Assembly: GCA_965219415.1 (NCBI GenBank)
Contig: CBDCNP010000002.1
Span: 3,968,001-4,032,000 of the forward strand
Origin: Candidatus Marinacidobacterales bacterium
Lineage (GTDB): Bacteria; Acidobacteriota; Vicinamibacteria; Marinacidobacterales; DATDRI01
DNA length: 64,000 nt
Direction: 5' to 3'
The notes under the pieces: model-generated
The model's database searches: none
What the model was told of the DNA's origin: nothing
Seen by the model: the letters and a program-made list of their open reading frames with translations, nothing else
Shown here: one piece after another, positions 62,978 through 64,000 of the stretch
How positions within the stretch are numbered: the stretch's first letter is position 1
How the letters are laid out: each line of letters opens with the position of its first letter
Position numbers and translations under genes: made by a program

Positions 62978-64000
62978 TCACCTGCTGCCGAGGGTTTCTC
63001 CCAGGCGCACGAGCTCTCTGTTGTCCGGCCATCTCCCGAGCCCTTCCTCGAGAACCCGGCGTGCTTCGCGTCCCTCGCCAGACTGTGCGTAAGCGCGGAC
63101 GACTCTGACACAGATTTCGGGCGAGGGAGCAAGCTCGAACGCTTTTCGCAGAACCTGGACGGCTTCCCGGTGTCGCCCCACTTGATTGAGGGCGGTGCCC
63201 AAATTGACGTAAGCGTTCACGAGCTCGGGCGCATGGGATATGGCGGCCTCAAAGGACATAATGGCTGCGGACAAGTTACCGGAGCGGGCCTCCAGAGTGC
63301 CCAGGTTATTGTGGGCCTCGGCGAAGTAGGGGCGTAGCTCGAGGGCGCGACGATACGCGTCTCGTGCCTTGGACTGCTGCCCGAGCGCCGCCGAAACGTA
63401 ACCGAGATTGTTATAGGTGTCCGCCAAACGCGGGTTCAAGGCGACCGCTTCCTCGAACGCCCGTCCCGCCTCGTTCCATCTTTGTTGGTTGAGCATCACC
63501 GTCCCGAGGTTGTAATGTACCTGAGCCGCCGACTGACCCTTATCGATGGCCCGTCGATAAAGCGTCTCCGCGTGACTCCAATAACCCCGCTCCGCGAACG
63601 CGTTTCCAAGCGCAAAATCGTTCCGCAAGAACTCACCCACCAAATTGATGCCGTCGAAAGGGAGACCAAGACGCTTCCGCTCTTCGGCAGTCCGCGGGAT
63701 CCGTCGCGAGTCGGCCACAACTTCATCGACCCCGACCGCGCCGCGGTAGGCTTTGACGATCCTTCCTCGCGCGTCGATAAGAAAGCTCATTGGAACGCCC
63801 AAGTTCGAAATGCGGTCGTGAAGATTGGAGGCCAGAACCTTATAGACCCCTACCATCTCTTCATTGGCCAAGAGCAGCGGGAAGTCGAGACCGAGCTCCG
63901 CCTGGAACGCGCGCACCGCTTGCTCCGCCGGTGGCTCATCTACAGAAACCGCCATCAGGGTAACGCCCGAGGCATCGAGCTCCGCTCTCTTGGCCTTGAA
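62978..64000 (-). CDS. Redoxin-domain plus TPR-repeat protein; 5' part lies outside the window
   Basis: AVSVD...FPLL...P.SFLID..G.I, followed by several NNLG/NLG TPR motifs. The frame is open to the window end. Confidence 0.8.
   Translation of the reverse strand, partial: FKAKRAELDASGVTLMAVSVDEPPAEQAVRAFQAELGLDFPLLLANEEMVGVYKVLASNLHDRISNLGVPMSFLIDARGRIVKAYRGAVGVDEVVADSRRIPRTAEERKRLGLPFDGINLVGEFLRNDFALGNAFAERGYWSHAETLYRRAIDKGQSAAQVHYNLGTVMLNQQRWNEAGRAFEEAVALNPRLADTYNNLGYVSAALGQQSKARDAYRRALELRPYFAEAHNNLGTLEARSGNLSAAIMSFEAAISHAPELVNAYVNLGTALNQVGRHREAVQVLRKAFELAPSPEICVRVVRAYAQSGEGREARRVLEEGLGRWPDNRELVRLGETLGSR

Overview
GC-rich bacterial DNA, probably Acidobacteriota. That assignment is inferred from the Ser/Thr kinase-TolB-repeat family, the Oar-like TonB-dependent receptor and the VPS10 and DUF885 genes. 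The window has three zones. (1) Positions 1-19370 contain a core block (icd, mdh, sucC, sucD, ndk, dcd and an archaeal-type dUTPase) between two inverted IS5/IS903-group copies. Their 9-bp target duplication is split between the two copies, which indicates a ~17-kb IS-mediated inversion that separated a kinase gene from its promoter. The right part of this zone holds decaying toxin-antitoxin modules and kinase remnants, including a vapB interrupted by an IS256 element with an 8-bp TSD and a Phd/PIN pair flanked by 54-bp direct repeats. (2) Positions 19381-62910 form a ~43-kb island of mostly exported peptide/amide hydrolases and transporters. It has three S9 peptidases, two M28 peptidases, M19, M20, a D-aminoacylase, five amidohydrolases, two DUF885 proteins, three lipocalin-like proteins, a VPS10 protein, a TonB-dependent receptor, APC and MFS transporters and a FAD oxidoreductase. 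Several of these have altered catalytic residues. An AT-rich M23 gene lies between 572-bp direct repeats. (3) The window ends in a partial redoxin-TPR gene. I saw no rRNA, tRNA or CRISPR array. All family calls come from motif recognition, not database searches.
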